Assembly (NCBI GenBank): GCA_963823145.1
Contig: CAWGJZ010000002.1
Span: 1,306,462-1,370,461, forward strand
Source: an uncultured Acidobacteriota bacterium
GTDB lineage: Bacteria > Acidobacteriota > Terriglobia > Acidiferrales > UBA7541
DNA length: 64,000 bases
Direction: 5' to 3'
Shown: positions 20,134-29,416 of the stretch, piece after piece
Layout: every line of letters starts with the position of its first letter
Numbering within the stretch: position 1 is the stretch's first letter
Translations under genes and position numbers: made by a program
Notes under the pieces: generated by a model
Databases searched by the model: none
The model's input: only the letters and a program-made list of their open reading frames with translations
Told to the model about the DNA's origin: nothing

Positions 20134-21690
20134 TTAGTGAGGGGCTGCCGGAGTGGTGGCTTCGTGTTGTTCGATTGGCGTCCTGGCTGGGGCTGGCTTG
20201 ACGGGCTTTGTTCCGTTCGCAGGAACATGGTGCTGTTCTATTCGCTCGTGCCGCTGAGCGAAGTAGGACGAATTGCTGGCCAACTCTCTGCGGACCTCAG
20301 GATTCTTGTTAAAGAAGGCCCGCAAATCCTTGTGGTGGTGCAGGTACTTTTCATCCTTGCACAAGGATGGGTTAGCGCTCAGGTCTCGATCGACGTCCTT
20401 GTGCTTATCGAGGAATCGATCGAGTTCTGCGGCCTGCTTGTCCGTCAGATTCGGAGCATTCGAGGCTCTTCGGTTTGCGTCGACACGCCCTGCGACTTCC
20501 CTCGAGTCGAACCGATTGTCCCGGTTCACGAAGTAAGAGGGATTCGCGGCGAACTCTTGCCTCGCCTGAGGGTGTTCGTCAAAGAAAGATCGCAGATCCT
20601 TATGGTGACCGAGATACTTTTGGTCATTGACCAGGGACGGATTCTTTCTGAGATCCTTGTCGATGTCCTTGTGGTCGCCAAGGAACTGGTCCATCTGGTC
20701 GCGGTCCCGATCCTGGTCTCGATCCGGATTGCTATTTGCCGCGTACCCATTCTGGGAGTTGGTTACGCGTGCATCCCGGTCGCGATCCTGGTCTCGATCC
20801 GGATTGCTATTTGCCGCGTACCCATTCTGGGAGTTGGTTACGCGTGCATCCCGGTCGCGATCCTGGTCTCGATTCGGGTTGCTATTTGCCGCATACCCAT
20901 TCTGGGAGTTGGTTACGCGTGCGTCTCGGTCGCGGTCCTGGTCCTGAGTTGTCCGCGCCTCTCTCGCATCGAATCGGTTCTCCCGCTGCACGAAAAAAGA
21001 GGGATTTTTTGCGAACTGCTGCCGCACATCAGGATGATCGTTCAGGAACGTCCGAAGATCCTGGTGCTGATCGAGATATGTTTTGTTGTTTGCCAGCGAC
21101 GGATTCGCTGTTAGGTCTTTGTCGATTTGCTGGTGATCATCCAAGAACCCATCCAATTGACGAACTTCTCCGGTCCTCAGGCCAGGATTTTGTCCGTTCC
21201 CATTCCGGTCTGCGTAATTTTGATCGCGGTCCTGATCTCGGTTTTGGTTGTTATTTGCCGCGTACCCGTTCTGCGAGTTCGTAGCGCCCGCATCCCGATC
21301 GCGGTCTTGATTTGCCCGCGCATCTTTGGTGGCAAATCGGTCTTCTCGATGCGTGAAATAAGCAGGATTCTGCGCGAACGCTCGCTGCATTTCAGGATGC
21401 TCATTCAGGAACGATCGCAGGTCCTTATGGTGATCGAGATAGTTGTGATCGGTTATGAGTGAAGGTTTGGCCCGCAAGTCCTTGTCGATATCCTTGTGGT
21501 CATTCAAAAACTGATCCATCCGGTCGAAATCCGGGTTCGTATTTTGCTGGCCCGCCGCGGTGGTCTCGGTAGGGGCAGCAGTTTGAGCTGGACCTTGTTG
21601 GCCCCTCGCGTTAGCAGGCACGAGGCTCAACACGAGGGCCGCACTGCCTATTAGCCCTGCGCGGTACCAACTTCTGATAAAAGGTCTCAT
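20134..21690 (-). CDS. secreted His/Asp-rich repeat protein (4 large modules plus 25-aa tandem repeats)
   Basis: Start set to ATG 21690, preceded by GGAGGT. Signal peptide MRPFIRSWYRAGLIGSAALVLSLVPANA. Four copies of a module of about 60 aa (FLxDHxDIDKDLxxNPSLxxxxxYLxxHxDLRxFxxxHPExxxxFxxNPxYFxxRxxRF), separated by Asp/Asn/Gln-rich linkers. Confidence 0.8.
   Translation of the reverse strand: MRPFIRSWYRAGLIGSAALVLSLVPANARGQQGPAQTAAPTETTAAGQQNTNPDFDRMDQFLNDHKDIDKDLRAKPSLITDHNYLDHHKDLRSFLNEHPEMQRAFAQNPAYFTHREDRFATKDARANQDRDRDAGATNSQNGYAANNNQNRDQDRDQNYADRNGNGQNPGLRTGEVRQLDGFLDDHQQIDKDLTANPSLANNKTYLDQHQDLRTFLNDHPDVRQQFAKNPSFFVQRENRFDAREARTTQDQDRDRDARVTNSQNGYAANSNPNRDQDRDRDARVTNSQNGYAANSNPDRDQDRDRDARVTNSQNGYAANSNPDRDQDRDRDQMDQFLGDHKDIDKDLRKNPSLVNDQKYLGHHKDLRSFFDEHPQARQEFAANPSYFVNRDNRFDSREVAGRVDANRRASNAPNLTDKQAAELDRFLDKHKDVDRDLSANPSLCKDEKYLHHHKDLRAFFNKNPEVRRELASNSSYFAQRHERIEQHHVPANGTKPVKPAPARTPIEQHEATTPAAPH
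20696..20945. repeat. 75-bp tandem repeat (about 3.3 copies) inside a CDS
   Basis: Nearly identical 75-bp units encode DRDARVTNSQNGYAANSNP(D/N)RDQDR (25 aa) in frame. A diverged copy lies near 21230-21300. Confidence 0.9.
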
Positions 21691-22275
21691 AAGAAAGTTA
21701 CCTCCGTTGTGGAGTCGTCTGTGTTTGCAAGTGGCCTTTTCATCCGCAACACAAAAACCTTTCACGGCGCACCTCCTTGGCAAGTTGCCGAGGATCCCTA
21801 CTCTCGTTTTTCAGCTGGGATTCGGGCTGGGGAACTACTGTCCCGGTGGCTCGGGGACGGTGAGCGCCGGGACTGCACTCGCGCACAGCATGGCCCCGGC
21901 CTATTTTTCGCGCTATCAGCCGAAACCCCTATAGGAGCGCTGAATATCGCCGTAAGGGCTTCAGTGTAGAAAATTCTGGCGAATCAAAAGAGAAAGCCCA
22001 ACGGCCACAGCGCGCTGCGGAAATTGCGCCGGCTGACCGCGCCCGTGGCCACGCAAATAATCCTGTGGCGCGTGCCAGCGAGTGCCTCGGGACCCAAACA
22101 GTGCTTACTACTCAGTATGAAACCTAGAGGCCAGGTCGGAAGATTGCCGGTTGAAGAATCGCTGGGCAAACAGACCAATCTGATGGCAAAATCGGGCGGC
22201 CTTTCTCGGCGTTGGACCATCTGAACGACCTGAACCATCTCATGATCGAACTGTGCCAATCCAAACGGGGGACCC

Positions 22276-23166
22276 ATGGGCAACGAAAAGCGTTTTGACG
22301 TGGACCGAATGAAGGCGATTGACGTCCACGTGCACATCGAGCACGAAGGAGCAGGAACTGAAACCGATCAGGCGGCGAAGGAGTACTTCGGCGGCGCCGC
22401 GGCGCGAGGGCGCAAGGAGATGGCCGAATACTATCGCTCCCGGAATATCGGGTGCGTGGTTTTTACCGTTGATGAGCGGCTTACCGGCAGACCGGTCGTG
22501 CCGAACGATGAAGTCATCCAGTTTGCCGCGGAAAATGCCGACATCATGATGCCTTTCGCGAGCGTGGACCCGACTCGCGGGCCCGAGGCTATCAGTGAGG
22601 CAAAACGTCTAATCGCGACGGGACTACTCCGCGGATTCAAGCTTCACCCTCCCTTGCAGCAATTTTTCCCCAACGATCGCGTGGCCTATCCGCTCTACAA
22701 GGTAATCGAGGATGCGGGGCTACCCGTAGTGTTTCACACGGGGCACAGCGGCATCGGCACGGGAATGCCCGGCGGCGGCGGAATCCGATTGAAGTACGGC
22801 AACCCAATGTATATCGACGATGTGGCGGTCGATTTTCCGGACATGCCGATTATCTTGGCGCACCCGTCATTTCCGTGGCAAGACGAAGCAATCTCGGTTT
22901 GCCTCCACAAGCGGCAGGTGTACATCGATTTGTCGGGTTGGTCGCCGAAATATTTCGCTCCGAATTTGATTCAATACGCGAATTCACTGTTGAAGACGAA
23001 AATGCTCTTCGGGTCTGACTATCCACTGATTACTCCCGACCGATGGATGGCCGATTTCGAGAAGGCTCCCTTCAAGGACGAGGCGCGGCCGCTGATTTTG
23101 AAAGAAAACGCCATGAAGCTCTTCGGCCTCACGTCCAAAGCCGCGGCACCCGCCGCAACGGACTAG
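22276..23166 (+). CDS. amidohydrolase-2 family metal-dependent hydrolase
   Basis: IDVHVHIE metal-binding HxH motif near the N-terminus, later HTGH and AHPSFPW motifs. 296 aa TIM-barrel hydrolase pattern. Confidence 0.85.
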   Translation: MGNEKRFDVDRMKAIDVHVHIEHEGAGTETDQAAKEYFGGAAARGRKEMAEYYRSRNIGCVVFTVDERLTGRPVVPNDEVIQFAAENADIMMPFASVDPTRGPEAISEAKRLIATGLLRGFKLHPPLQQFFPNDRVAYPLYKVIEDAGLPVVFHTGHSGIGTGMPGGGGIRLKYGNPMYIDDVAVDFPDMPIILAHPSFPWQDEAISVCLHKRQVYIDLSGWSPKYFAPNLIQYANSLLKTKMLFGSDYPLITPDRWMADFEKAPFKDEARPLILKENAMKLFGLTSKAAAPAATD

Positions 23167-23269
23167 GCAAGGAAGCTGATTAGGAAAAACATAGCGTCCC
23201 TGCGTTCAAATAAGTAGATAGCGATAGCACGGCGCCCGTTCCGCCACGCCCCGCCGTAAAGGAGGAGTC

Positions 23270-25222
23270 ATGCAGGAATTCGATCCTCACGTTCTCGACG
23301 AGAAGGCGGTCCCTCCGCCAGAGGATTTCAGCAAGCGCGCACGGGTGCGTTCGCTGGAGCAATATCGCGAGATGTACGAGAAGGCCGAGCGCGAGCCGGA
23401 AGTGTTCTGGGGCGAGCAAGCGAAGTTGATTGACTGGTTTGAGCCTCCCACGAAAGTGCTCGAATGGAACTTGCCGCACGCGAAGTGGTTCACGGGAGGA
23501 AAACTCAACGTCGCATACAACTGCCTGGATCGGCACTTGGAGAAAAATCTCAACAAGCCCGCTCTGCTTTGGGAGGCGGAAGACGGCTCATCGCTTCAAT
23601 TCACCTACGCGGAGTTGCACGACCGCGTGTGCCGGTTCGCGAACGCGCTGAATTCGCTGGGCGTGAAGCCCGGCGACTGCGTGGCGATTTACTTGCCGAT
23701 GGTTCCGGAGCTGCCGATTGCCATGCTCGCATGCGCGCGGATTGGCGCTGTGCACTCCGTGATCTTCGGGGGATTCAGCGCCACCGCGCTTGCCGACCGG
23801 ATCGCGGATGCAAAATCGAAAATACTGATCACCGCGGATGGAGGTTTTCGCCGCGGGAAGATCGTTCCACTGAAAGAAACTGCCGACGCCGCGCTCAGGA
23901 ATTGCCCCACCATCGAAAAATCAATCGTTGTGAAGCGCACCGAAGAAAAAATCAGCTGGCAAGAGGGCCGCGATCTTTGGTGGCACGATGTCGAAAAAGC
24001 AGCTTCGCCGGAGTGCGAGGCGGAAGCCTTCGATTCCGAGCATCCGCTGTACATTTTGTATACCAGCGGCACCACCGGAAAACCGAAGGGCGTGCTGCAT
24101 ACTTCGGCCGGCTACTTGCTGCAAACGATGTGGACCACGCAGATGGTTTTCGATCTGCGGGACGACGACGTCTACTGGTGCACCGCCGACATCGGCTGGG
24201 TCACGGGTCACAGCTACATCGTTTACGGGCCGCTTGCGAATGGCGCCAGCGTTCTCATGTACGAAGGCGCGCCGGATCATCCGCGCCGCGACCGATTTTG
24301 GGAAATTGTGCAGCGCTATAAGGTGACAATTTTTTACAGCTCCGCCACCGCAATCCGTGCGTTCATGGCCTGGGGCATGGAATGGATCGATTCGCATGAT
24401 ATTACCAGCCTGAGGCTCCTCGGCACCGTCGGAGAATCCATCAATCCCGCGGCGTGGAAGTGGTATTTCGAAGCGATCGGAAAAAATCGCTGCCCGATCG
24501 TCGATACCTGGTGGCAGACGGAAACAGGTGCGATGATGATTTCGCCGTTGCCGGGCGCGACTCCCGCGAAGCCCGGCTCGGCGACGCTGCCGTTGCCCGG
24601 AGTGATCGCCAAAGTCGTAAACATGCAGGGACAGCCCGTGGCACCGGGCGAGACCGGCTACCTCACCATTCAGAAGCCGTGGCCTTCGATGCTGCGTACA
24701 ATTTATGGAGATGACGAGCGCTACGTCCGCGACTACTGGAAAAAAATTCCCGGCGTTTATTTCGCGGGCGACGCCGCGCAGTGCGACAAAGACGGATATA
24801 TCTGGGTACTCGGGCGCGTGGACGACGTGATCAAAGTTGCCGGCCACCGGCTCAGCTCCATGGAAATTGAAAGCGCACTGGTTAGCCACGCCTCGGTGGC
24901 CGAGGCCGCTGTGGTTGCGCGTCCGGACGAGATCAAGGGAGAAGCGATCGTCTGCTTCGTCACATTGCGCTCGGGACAATCTGCTTCCGGCAGTTTGCGA
25001 ACCGCGCTGATGGAGCACGTCTCCATGACCATTGGAACGATTGCGCGCCCGGCGGACGTTCGCTTCTGCGATATTCTGCCGAAGACGCGCAGCGGCAAGA
25101 TCATGCGGCGCCTGCTGCGCGAAGTCGCGCACAAAGGCGGCGTCTCAGGCGACACCACAACCCTCGAAGACATGAGCGTCATCGAGCGCATTGCAAAAGC
25201 TCAGGGCCAGGAAGAGGAATGA
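23270..25222 (+). CDS. acs: acetyl-CoA synthetase
   Basis: 650 aa. AMP-binding motif [18 protein letters not shown], and C-terminal [21 protein letters not shown] upstream. Confidence 0.95.
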   Translation: MQEFDPHVLDEKAVPPPEDFSKRARVRSLEQYREMYEKAEREPEVFWGEQAKLIDWFEPPTKVLEWNLPHAKWFTGGKLNVAYNCLDRHLEKNLNKPALLWEAEDGSSLQFTYAELHDRVCRFANALNSLGVKPGDCVAIYLPMVPELPIAMLACARIGAVHSVIFGGFSATALADRIADAKSKILITADGGFRRGKIVPLKETADAALRNCPTIEKSIVVKRTEEKISWQEGRDLWWHDVEKAASPECEAEAFDSEHPLYILYTSGTTGKPKGVLHTSAGYLLQTMWTTQMVFDLRDDDVYWCTADIGWVTGHSYIVYGPLANGASVLMYEGAPDHPRRDRFWEIVQRYKVTIFYSSATAIRAFMAWGMEWIDSHDITSLRLLGTVGESINPAAWKWYFEAIGKNRCPIVDTWWQTETGAMMISPLPGATPAKPGSATLPLPGVIAKVVNMQGQPVAPGETGYLTIQKPWPSMLRTIYGDDERYVRDYWKKIPGVYFAGDAAQCDKDGYIWVLGRVDDVIKVAGHRLSSMEIESALVSHASVAEAAVVARPDEIKGEAIVCFVTLRSGQSASGSLRTALMEHVSMTIGTIARPADVRFCDILPKTRSGKIMRRLLREVAHKGGVSGDTTTLEDMSVIERIAKAQGQEEE

Positions 25223-25403
25223 CGCTTCAGCAATTCAATCTGCAGCATAGCCGGAAATAACTCGCGCTAATTCCGCTCCAGCTCGCCGATTGCAGCGATT
25301 CTGCCATCGCACGCGAGACGCTTTCTTGTATATACTTCACGGCTTGACGCAGCGCCGCACGCCGCGTCGTCGCTTGGAAATCGATCCGTTAGTGGGGGAC
25401 CTC

Positions 25404-27350
25404 TTGCTCACATTTTTACTACGCACGCCTGTCTTCGCAGTTGCTTTTATTCTCGCCTGCATTCTTCCTCGGCCAGCGCAAGCGCAAGAGACTGGCGACT
25501 GGCCGATGTACAGCCACGACCTGGCCAGCACACGCTATTCGCCTCTTGCGCAAATCAACTCCAAGAATGTTGCAACGCTCACTCAGGCCTGGTCGTATCC
25601 GATGCGGCCGGGAGGAAAGGGTCCCGCCGCCATCACCTTCAGTGAAGTTACTCCCATTGTGGTGAACGACGTGATGTATCTCGCCGCCGGCAATCGCATC
25701 CTCGCGCTCGAGCCCGAAACTGGCAAGGAAATTTGGAGCTTCCATCTCGAAAAGGGCCTCGTCCCGCAGCGCGGCGTCGCCTATTGGCCCGGAGACTCGA
25801 ACAATCCCGCGCGCATTATTTTCACCAGCCTTCACAAGCTCATAGCCCTCAACGCAGTCACGGGCAAACTCGATCCAAAGTTCGGCGCCAATGGCGAAGT
25901 CGAAATGGACGTGCCGTTTGCCGAGGTCCCGACAATCTACAAGGACATCATCATCGTGGGCGCCAATGTTTATGGCCCCGGCGAGACAAATCTCCACCCG
26001 CAGGACGAGGTTGGCGCCGGAGTCCCCGGCGATTCGCGCGCTTACGATGCGCGGACCGGCAAAAAGCTGTGGACATTCCACACCATTCCGCAGCCGGGCG
26101 AGACCGGCCACGATACCTGGGGTGACGATAGCTGGAAGGGCCGCGGCGGCACCAACGTATGGTCCATCACCATGACGGTTGACGAAAAGCGCGGCATCGT
26201 TTACATGCCCATCGGCGGCCCGGCGGCGAATTATTACGGCGGAGACCGCCCCGGAAATAATCTCTTTTCCAATTCACTGGTCGCAGTCGATGCAAAAACC
26301 GGAAAGTTGAAATGGTATTTCCAGACCGTTCATCACGAGCTGTGGGACTTCGATTTGCCGCCTGAGCCTGTTCTGATCGATATCGATCACAATGGAAAGA
26401 AAATTCCAGCCGTCGTGCAAATGGGCAAATCTCCGTACATGTTCATTCTGAATCGCTACGACGGCAAGCCGGTATTCGGCGTCCAGGAGCGTCCGGTGCC
26501 CAAGGGCGATGTGCCCACCGAGCAGTATTCCCCCACGCAGCCGTTCCCGCTCAAGCCTCCGCCGCTCGCGCGAGATAGCTTTTCGGCCCAGGATTTGGTC
26601 ACCGCGGACGATACCACTCCCGAGCACGCGAAGGCCTGTAAGGAGCTGCTGGATAGCTACGGTGGCCTTTACAATGCCGGTCCTTTTACGCCGTGGGGAT
26701 TTCGACCCGAGGGCGGCCAACCCAAAGTCTCCTTGGTTTTTCCTGGCGCGACAGGAGGAACGAACTGGGGCGGCACCGCTTCCGATCCAACCACAGGTTA
26801 CGTGTTCCTGAATGTACAGAACTCGGGCTCAACGGGCTGGATCGAGAAGAATCCGAAATTCCAGCCGGAATCGGGCGGCCCCGAGCTTCCGTATCATCGA
26901 GGCAGCGGAGCCGGCAGCCAGTACGCCAGCTTCAGCGCCATTGCCAAGGACGCGAGCGGCCACAGCCTCGGCAATCTTCCCTGCCAGAAACCGCCATGGG
27001 AAAGCCTGCTCGCCGTCAATGCCAACACCGGAGACATTGTCTGGAGCGTGCCGCTGGGGATTACCGAGGGGCTGCCTCCTGGAAAGCAAAATACCGGGAG
27101 GACAGGAGCCTTCGCCGGTCCAATTGTTACCGCCGGCGGTTTGGTTTTTATCGGCGCGACAAATGATGATCGCTTTCGCGCCTTCGATACCAAAACCGGC
27201 AAGGAGCTCTGGTCCACCAAGCTCGATTACGCTGCAACCGCCGTCCCAATCACTTACGAGGGCAAAAACGGCAAGCAATACGTGGCGATAGTGGATGCGG
27301 GAGGCGGTCCCGGCGACAAACAGGCGCTACTCGTTTTTGCCCTACCGTAA
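25404..27350 (+). CDS. PQQ-dependent dehydrogenase, glucose/quinate/shikimate family (signal peptide, no N-terminal multi-TM anchor)
   Basis: Propeller repeats and a HHELWDFDLPPEP motif like membrane glucose dehydrogenases. Start ambiguous: TTG 25290, GTG 25392 or TTG 25404. TTG 25404 was chosen because GGGGGA precedes it and it yields a clean signal peptide ending PAQA. Confidence 0.85.
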   Translation: MLTFLLRTPVFAVAFILACILPRPAQAQETGDWPMYSHDLASTRYSPLAQINSKNVATLTQAWSYPMRPGGKGPAAITFSEVTPIVVNDVMYLAAGNRILALEPETGKEIWSFHLEKGLVPQRGVAYWPGDSNNPARIIFTSLHKLIALNAVTGKLDPKFGANGEVEMDVPFAEVPTIYKDIIIVGANVYGPGETNLHPQDEVGAGVPGDSRAYDARTGKKLWTFHTIPQPGETGHDTWGDDSWKGRGGTNVWSITMTVDEKRGIVYMPIGGPAANYYGGDRPGNNLFSNSLVAVDAKTGKLKWYFQTVHHELWDFDLPPEPVLIDIDHNGKKIPAVVQMGKSPYMFILNRYDGKPVFGVQERPVPKGDVPTEQYSPTQPFPLKPPPLARDSFSAQDLVTADDTTPEHAKACKELLDSYGGLYNAGPFTPWGFRPEGGQPKVSLVFPGATGGTNWGGTASDPTTGYVFLNVQNSGSTGWIEKNPKFQPESGGPELPYHRGSGAGSQYASFSAIAKDASGHSLGNLPCQKPPWESLLAVNANTGDIVWSVPLGITEGLPPGKQNTGRTGAFAGPIVTAGGLVFIGATNDDRFRAFDTKTGKELWSTKLDYAATAVPITYEGKNGKQYVAIVDAGGGPGDKQALLVFALP

Positions 27351-27351
27351 C

Positions 27352-27442
27352 GTGGCGCAGGCACTCTTGCCCGCGCGCGTAAGTTGAGGCGATCGGTAAG
27401 CGACAGCCACGAGTGGCTGTGCTACCAGCAAACTGAGTCACT
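27352..27442 (+). repeat. REP-like intergenic element, family A, copy 2
   Basis: GTGGCGCAGGCACTCTTGCCCGCGCGCGTAAGTTGAGGC...ACAGCCACGAGTGGCTGT...CCAGCAAACTGAGTCACT. Collinear with the copy at 7272-7360. Confidence 0.8.
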
Positions 27443-27570
27443 ACGGAACGGCGGACTTCCTCGCAAATTGCCTCACGAAGCGCACGATGGCTGTCGGAGA
27501 ATTACGGCGGCTCTTGCGGGGTTGACGTTTAGGGCTGCGCGCTGCTCGGCCGATGTATCGAACGAACCTA

Positions 27571-27879
27571 TCAGGCGTTGGCTGAGCGGGATGCGGGGCG
27601 AGGTTGGTTCCTGTCGCGGTGCGAGCGAACCCGCGATACCCGGGGCATCGGTGCGCCCTCAAACTCCATCACGTCGCTCGCTCGATAGGGTTTTTCCCGC
27701 TCGCACGACCGGCAGCGAAGGCTGAAAACGCGATCGTGCTCCTCGTGGGGGAGAGACGAATTTTCCCGCTCCGCTGCGGACATCCTGCCCGCTAAAATAG
27801 AAGGCACCGGTATCGGCTGTCTGCAGGATAAACATCGCACCCCAAGGTAAGATTGCTTATCAGCTTCCGTCATCATCAT
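27571..27879 (-). CDS. small zinc-ribbon-like hypothetical protein
   Basis: 102 aa. GAGGAG SD about 6 nt upstream of the ATG. Two CxxC pairs (CLSCRQP, CRSCERE). No family recognised. Confidence 0.5.
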   Translation of the reverse strand: MMMTEADKQSYLGVRCLSCRQPIPVPSILAGRMSAAERENSSLPHEEHDRVFSLRCRSCEREKPYRASDVMEFEGAPMPRVSRVRSHRDRNQPRPASRSANA

Positions 27880-28213
27880 CGAAATGCTCCTCAGAAATTG
27901 TAGTTATTCAGGCGAAGGGAACCCAATCATACATCCCTGGCGTGTGTAATCCAAGGGGCATTTGAGATCGCGTATTCACAAGATTCTAAAGGCTTTAGTT
28001 TCCCCTTAGTCGCAAGTTTTCCACAAAGGAATTGCGTGCTGCAGTGTCACCTTCCGCTCGCCTGCCCGCCGTGCGCGTCGCGATTTCGAAGCGCAGAAAT
28101 CCCACCATGCGAGATGGCAGACGCGTTTGAAAAAATCTTCTGCGAATAGTCGAATGGAGTATCCTATGCGGCGCAATAGCCCGTGGAATTTGCTGATTCG
28201 CTGTTGTTTCGCC

Positions 28214-28310
28214 GGAGAGTGATGCGTGCCTGGTGGTCGTCGCGGTCTTCAAAACCGCTGCCCCGACACTTCGTGCCGGGGGGTAGGTTCGATTCCTACC
28301 CTCTCCGCCA
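28214..28310 (+). tRNA. selC: tRNA-Sec (anticodon UCA)
   Basis: 97 nt: GGAGAGTGATGCG...GCGGTCTTCAAAACCGC...GGTAGGTTCGATTCCTACCCTCTCCGCCA. The anticodon stem-loop presents UCA, there is a long variable arm, a GGTTCGATTCC T-loop and an encoded CCA. One acceptor-stem position does not pair in my hand fold. Confidence 0.9.
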
Positions 28311-28360
28311 ACTTTTCCAAAGTCGTATACTGGTTTGTGGTTTCCCGGAGGTAACCGCTC

Positions 28361-29416
28361 ATGTTGGGTGAAGAAGCACCACTGAAGCTGACGGCGCTTT
28401 CATCCTGCGCGGGCTGCGCATCCAAGCTCAGCCGTCAGGCTCTGACGCAAGTCTTGCATCAAGTGCCCATGCTGAAGGATCGAAACGTTCTGGTCGGGGC
28501 GGCTACCGGCGACGATGCCGGCGTCTATCGCATCGACCGCCAGCGCGCGCTGGTGCAAACCACGGATTTTTTCACCCCGATCGTGGACGATCCGTATTCT
28601 TACGGACAGATCGCGGCAACCAACGCGTTATCCGATGTATACGCCATGGGCGGGCGCCCCCTAACCGCGCTAAATCTGGCCGGGATGCCTGCCGATACCA
28701 TTTCACTCGACGTGGTGAATCAAATCCTGCGCGGTGGGGCGGAAAAGATCAAAGAGGCAAAGTGTGTGCTCATCGGCGGACATACCATCAAGGCGCCTGA
28801 GCCAATCTTCGGCTTTGCCGTAACCGGCGTCGTGTCGCCACAGCGCATAATGACCAACGCGAATGCCCGACCGGGCGACACGCTCGTCCTCACAAAGCCG
28901 CTGGGCACTGGCGTCATCACCACCGCCGTCAAGCGCGGATTGGCCACGCCCGAACTCGAAAGCAAAGCCATTGCCACCATGTCGCGCCTCAACGAAATCG
29001 GCGCGGAACTGGCGGAACGCGGCTTCGTAAAGGGCGCCGTTGATGTAACCGGTTTCGGCCTTTTGAGCCACCTCGGCGCGATGTGCGCGTCGAGCCACGT
29101 CAGCGCGGAAATCGAAGCATCGAGTGTGCCGGTGATCAGCGAAGAAGTCTTCGACCTGATCGCCCAGGGTTGCATCCCTGGCGGCAGCCGCGACAATCTC
29201 GCCTACGCGAACGAGTTCACCGAATGGGACGGGACGAGCAAGGTACAGAAGGCCTTGCTCACCGACGCGCAAACGAGCGGCGGCCTGCTGCTCTGTGTCC
29301 CGCAAAAGCGCCTCCCAGCCGTTTTGAAGCTTCTCAAGGCTCGCCGCGCCCTCTCCGCAGCGATCATCGGCCGGATTGTGCGTGCCGCGAAACCGCGAAT
29401 ACGAGTTCGTGCATGA
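28361..29416 (+). CDS. selD: selenide, water dikinase (selenophosphate synthetase), Cys form
   Basis: N-terminal SSCAGCASK (the Cys/Lys active-site loop), an AIR-synthase-like fold (GDDAGVY, DFFTPIVDDPY). Starts 50 nt downstream of tRNA-Sec. Confidence 0.93.
   Translation: MLGEEAPLKLTALSSCAGCASKLSRQALTQVLHQVPMLKDRNVLVGAATGDDAGVYRIDRQRALVQTTDFFTPIVDDPYSYGQIAATNALSDVYAMGGRPLTALNLAGMPADTISLDVVNQILRGGAEKIKEAKCVLIGGHTIKAPEPIFGFAVTGVVSPQRIMTNANARPGDTLVLTKPLGTGVITTAVKRGLATPELESKAIATMSRLNEIGAELAERGFVKGAVDVTGFGLLSHLGAMCASSHVSAEIEASSVPVISEEVFDLIAQGCIPGGSRDNLAYANEFTEWDGTSKVQKALLTDAQTSGGLLLCVPQKRLPAVLKLLKARRALSAAIIGRIVRAAKPRIRVRA

Noticed and set aside
20696-20945. Possible CRISPR array or VNTR locus
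   Set aside because: The 75-bp units are contiguous with no spacers. They are in frame within a CDS, encode a 25-aa peptide repeat, and no cas genes are nearby.
27250-27441. Possible UGA read-through from the zinc-ribbon ORF (stop TGA at 27571-27573) into the same-frame 63-aa ORF
   Set aside because: The downstream ORF is merely a translation of the family A repeat (…ARGQECLRHV…). The ORF track begins that ORF only at 27441, so I assume further in-frame stops lie in the 129-nt gap, although I did not translate it. There is no redox motif around the TGA.
27995-28252. 85-aa minus-strand ORF
   Set aside because: It overlaps the tRNA-Sec gene and has no SD or recognisable domain.
29083-29412. 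N-terminal extension of the selA ORF
   Set aside because: It overlaps selD in another frame. The conserved SelA N-terminus begins at ATG 29413, which is coupled to the selD stop.
28361-29416. selD itself as a selenoprotein
   Set aside because: The active-site loop reads SSCAGCASK with a Cys codon, and there is no in-frame TGA.
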